In this document: piece by piece, positions 62,901 to 64,000 of the stretch | How the letters are laid out: every line of letters begins with the position of its first letter | How positions within the stretch are numbered: position 1 is the stretch's first letter | Origin: a virus | Direction: 5' to 3' (one strand) | IMG/VR virus record: IMGVR_UViG_3300045988_165974 | Location: 64,001 to 128,000 of that record | DNA: 64,000 bases | Translations under genes and position numbers: made by a program | Notes under the pieces: model-generated | Seen by the model: the letters and a program-made list of their open reading frames with translations, nothing else | Told to the model about the DNA's origin: nothing | Database searches by the model: none

Positions 62901-63884
62901 TTATACAATTGAACATTTTCCATATTGATAATTTACTTTATCCATAGACGTTTTAGCATATATTTGAGTTGTAGTAATATTCTCATGACCTAAAAGAAAT
63001 TGCACAGTTTCAATATCTGCTCCTGCATTAAATAAAGAAGTTGCAAAAGTATGTCTTAACTTATGAGGAAATATAATTGGAAGAGTATTTTTTCTTTTAG
63101 ATATATTTGCTAATATCTTTTGAATTGCTCTTACTCTAAGTCTTTTATAAGGTTTTCTTTCAGATGTAAATAGAGCTTCATTTTTGCCTTTTCTATTATC
63201 TAAATATTGTTTTAAGTATAGTTTACATTTATCATTGAATAATATCATTCTTTCTTTATTTCCTTTACCAATAGTTTTTAATCTGTTTAAAGAAAAGTCT
63301 AATTCAAAGATATTTGTTTTTTGAATTTCAGAAACTCTCATTCCTGTTGCTAACATAAATTCAACTAAAGCTCTTTCTCTATCTGTTTTGCAGCACATTC
63401 TTAGATTTTCCATTTCTTCTACAGATAAAGGTTCTCTAATTCTTTGAGGTTCTTTAAGTTTTCTTAATTTCTTTGTTGGGTTTTTCTCTATGTATTCTTC
63501 CTCAACTAACCAACTAAAGAAGGATTTAATAACTGAAATTAATCCATTTACAGTTGATATTTTTACAGATTTCTTTTTAAAGTTTAAATAAGCTTTTAAA
63601 TCAACTATTGTAATTTGAGGAATCTCTTTGTTTACATAATCTAAGAAATATTTTAAAGTATATATTCTGTTTTTAATAGTTCCACTTGCATAGTCTAAAG
63701 TTTCCATGTCTTGTTTATATTCCTCTAAAATTTCTTCTGTATTGTTTTCTTTTTTGTTTATTAACTCAACATCATAGTTTCTTACTACATCATATAATAT
63801 TTTTTCTAAATCATTTTTTTCTATACTATTATCAACAATTTTATTCATTATTTGTTTTATTATTTTTTCATTATCTTTATTCAT
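62901..63884 (-). CDS. tyrosine integrase/recombinase
   Basis: ATGMRVSEI (Arg box), [11 protein letters not shown] (HxxR) and [14 protein letters not shown] (Tyr box). Confidence 0.9.
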   Translation of the reverse strand: MNKDNEKIIKQIMNKIVDNSIEKNDLEKILYDVVRNYDVELINKKENNTEEILEEYKQDMETLDYASGTIKNRIYTLKYFLDYVNKEIPQITIVDLKAYLNFKKKSVKISTVNGLISVIKSFFSWLVEEEYIEKNPTKKLRKLKEPQRIREPLSVEEMENLRMCCKTDRERALVEFMLATGMRVSEIQKTNIFELDFSLNRLKTIGKGNKERMILFNDKCKLYLKQYLDNRKGKNEALFTSERKPYKRLRVRAIQKILANISKRKNTLPIIFPHKLRHTFATSLFNAGADIETVQFLLGHENITTTQIYAKTSMDKVNYQYGKCSIV

Positions 63885-64000
63885 TTTTTATTCCTCCTTT
63901 ATTTAAATTATATTTACATAATATAACATTTTAGTTATATTTTCAACAAAAAAAATATATTTTTAATTAAATATTTATATTTTTATTATTTTGATGTATA

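Noticed and set aside
58614-63934. Plus-strand ORFs 58614..58913, 60799..61068, 61823..62134, 62115..62318 and 63686..63934
   Set aside because: They are antisense shadows inside well-supported minus-strand genes (holin, ATPase, membrane proteins, integrase). They lack an RBS and have low-complexity composition.

Overview
AT-rich, gene-dense window, coded on the plus strand up to about 57.7 kb. It reads as the early, replication and nucleotide-metabolism region of a large Firmicutes-type phage or phage-plasmid (low GC, GGAGG/GGGGA ribosome-binding sites, TcdE-type holin). The last ~6 kb is a convergent minus-strand block: holin and amidase endolysin, a VirB4/HerA-like ATPase with two small membrane proteins, an RHH-like protein and a tyrosine integrase.

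Recognisable proteins:
- Replication and recombination: DnaB-like helicase, DnaG-like primase, SSB-like protein with a DDDIPF tail, ERF annealase, RecJ-like and NrnA-like DHH phosphoesterases, RuvC-like resolvase, beta-CASP MBL nuclease. The PolIII alpha gene (dnaE-like) is split by a group I intron that carries a frameshifted GIY-YIG homing endonuclease.
- Nucleotide metabolism: class II RNR, dUTPase, guanylate-kinase-like kinase, ThyX-like protein.
- Regulation and other: sigma factor, BRO antirepressor, TerD, TerF-type vWA, macro domain, YopX pair, AP2 protein.
- Recombinases and TnpB: three clear tyrosine recombinases plus one degenerate integrase-fold protein, and two TnpB genes (one solo, one inside an IS607 unit).

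Non-coding content is the most unusual part:
1. Five type II hammerhead ribozymes sit between the small genes of the first operon (0.6-4.1 kb). Covariation supports all stems and a pseudoknot.
2. Two copies of a second RNA element, a three-way junction, also show compensatory changes.
3. An omega-RNA-like scaffold at 35.2 kb has no adjacent tnpB. It is homologous to the omega-RNA region of the solo TnpB at 13.7 kb.
4. An iteron cluster lies downstream of a Rep-like gene that has a second full paralog and a C-terminal remnant elsewhere in the window.
5. About 15 near-identical TTGACA-17-TATAAT promoters are present. Two are followed by homologous leaders ending in terminators, and one abuts a start codon (leaderless mRNA).

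No rRNA, tRNA or CRISPR array was seen. All functional calls come from motif recognition by eye and need database confirmation.
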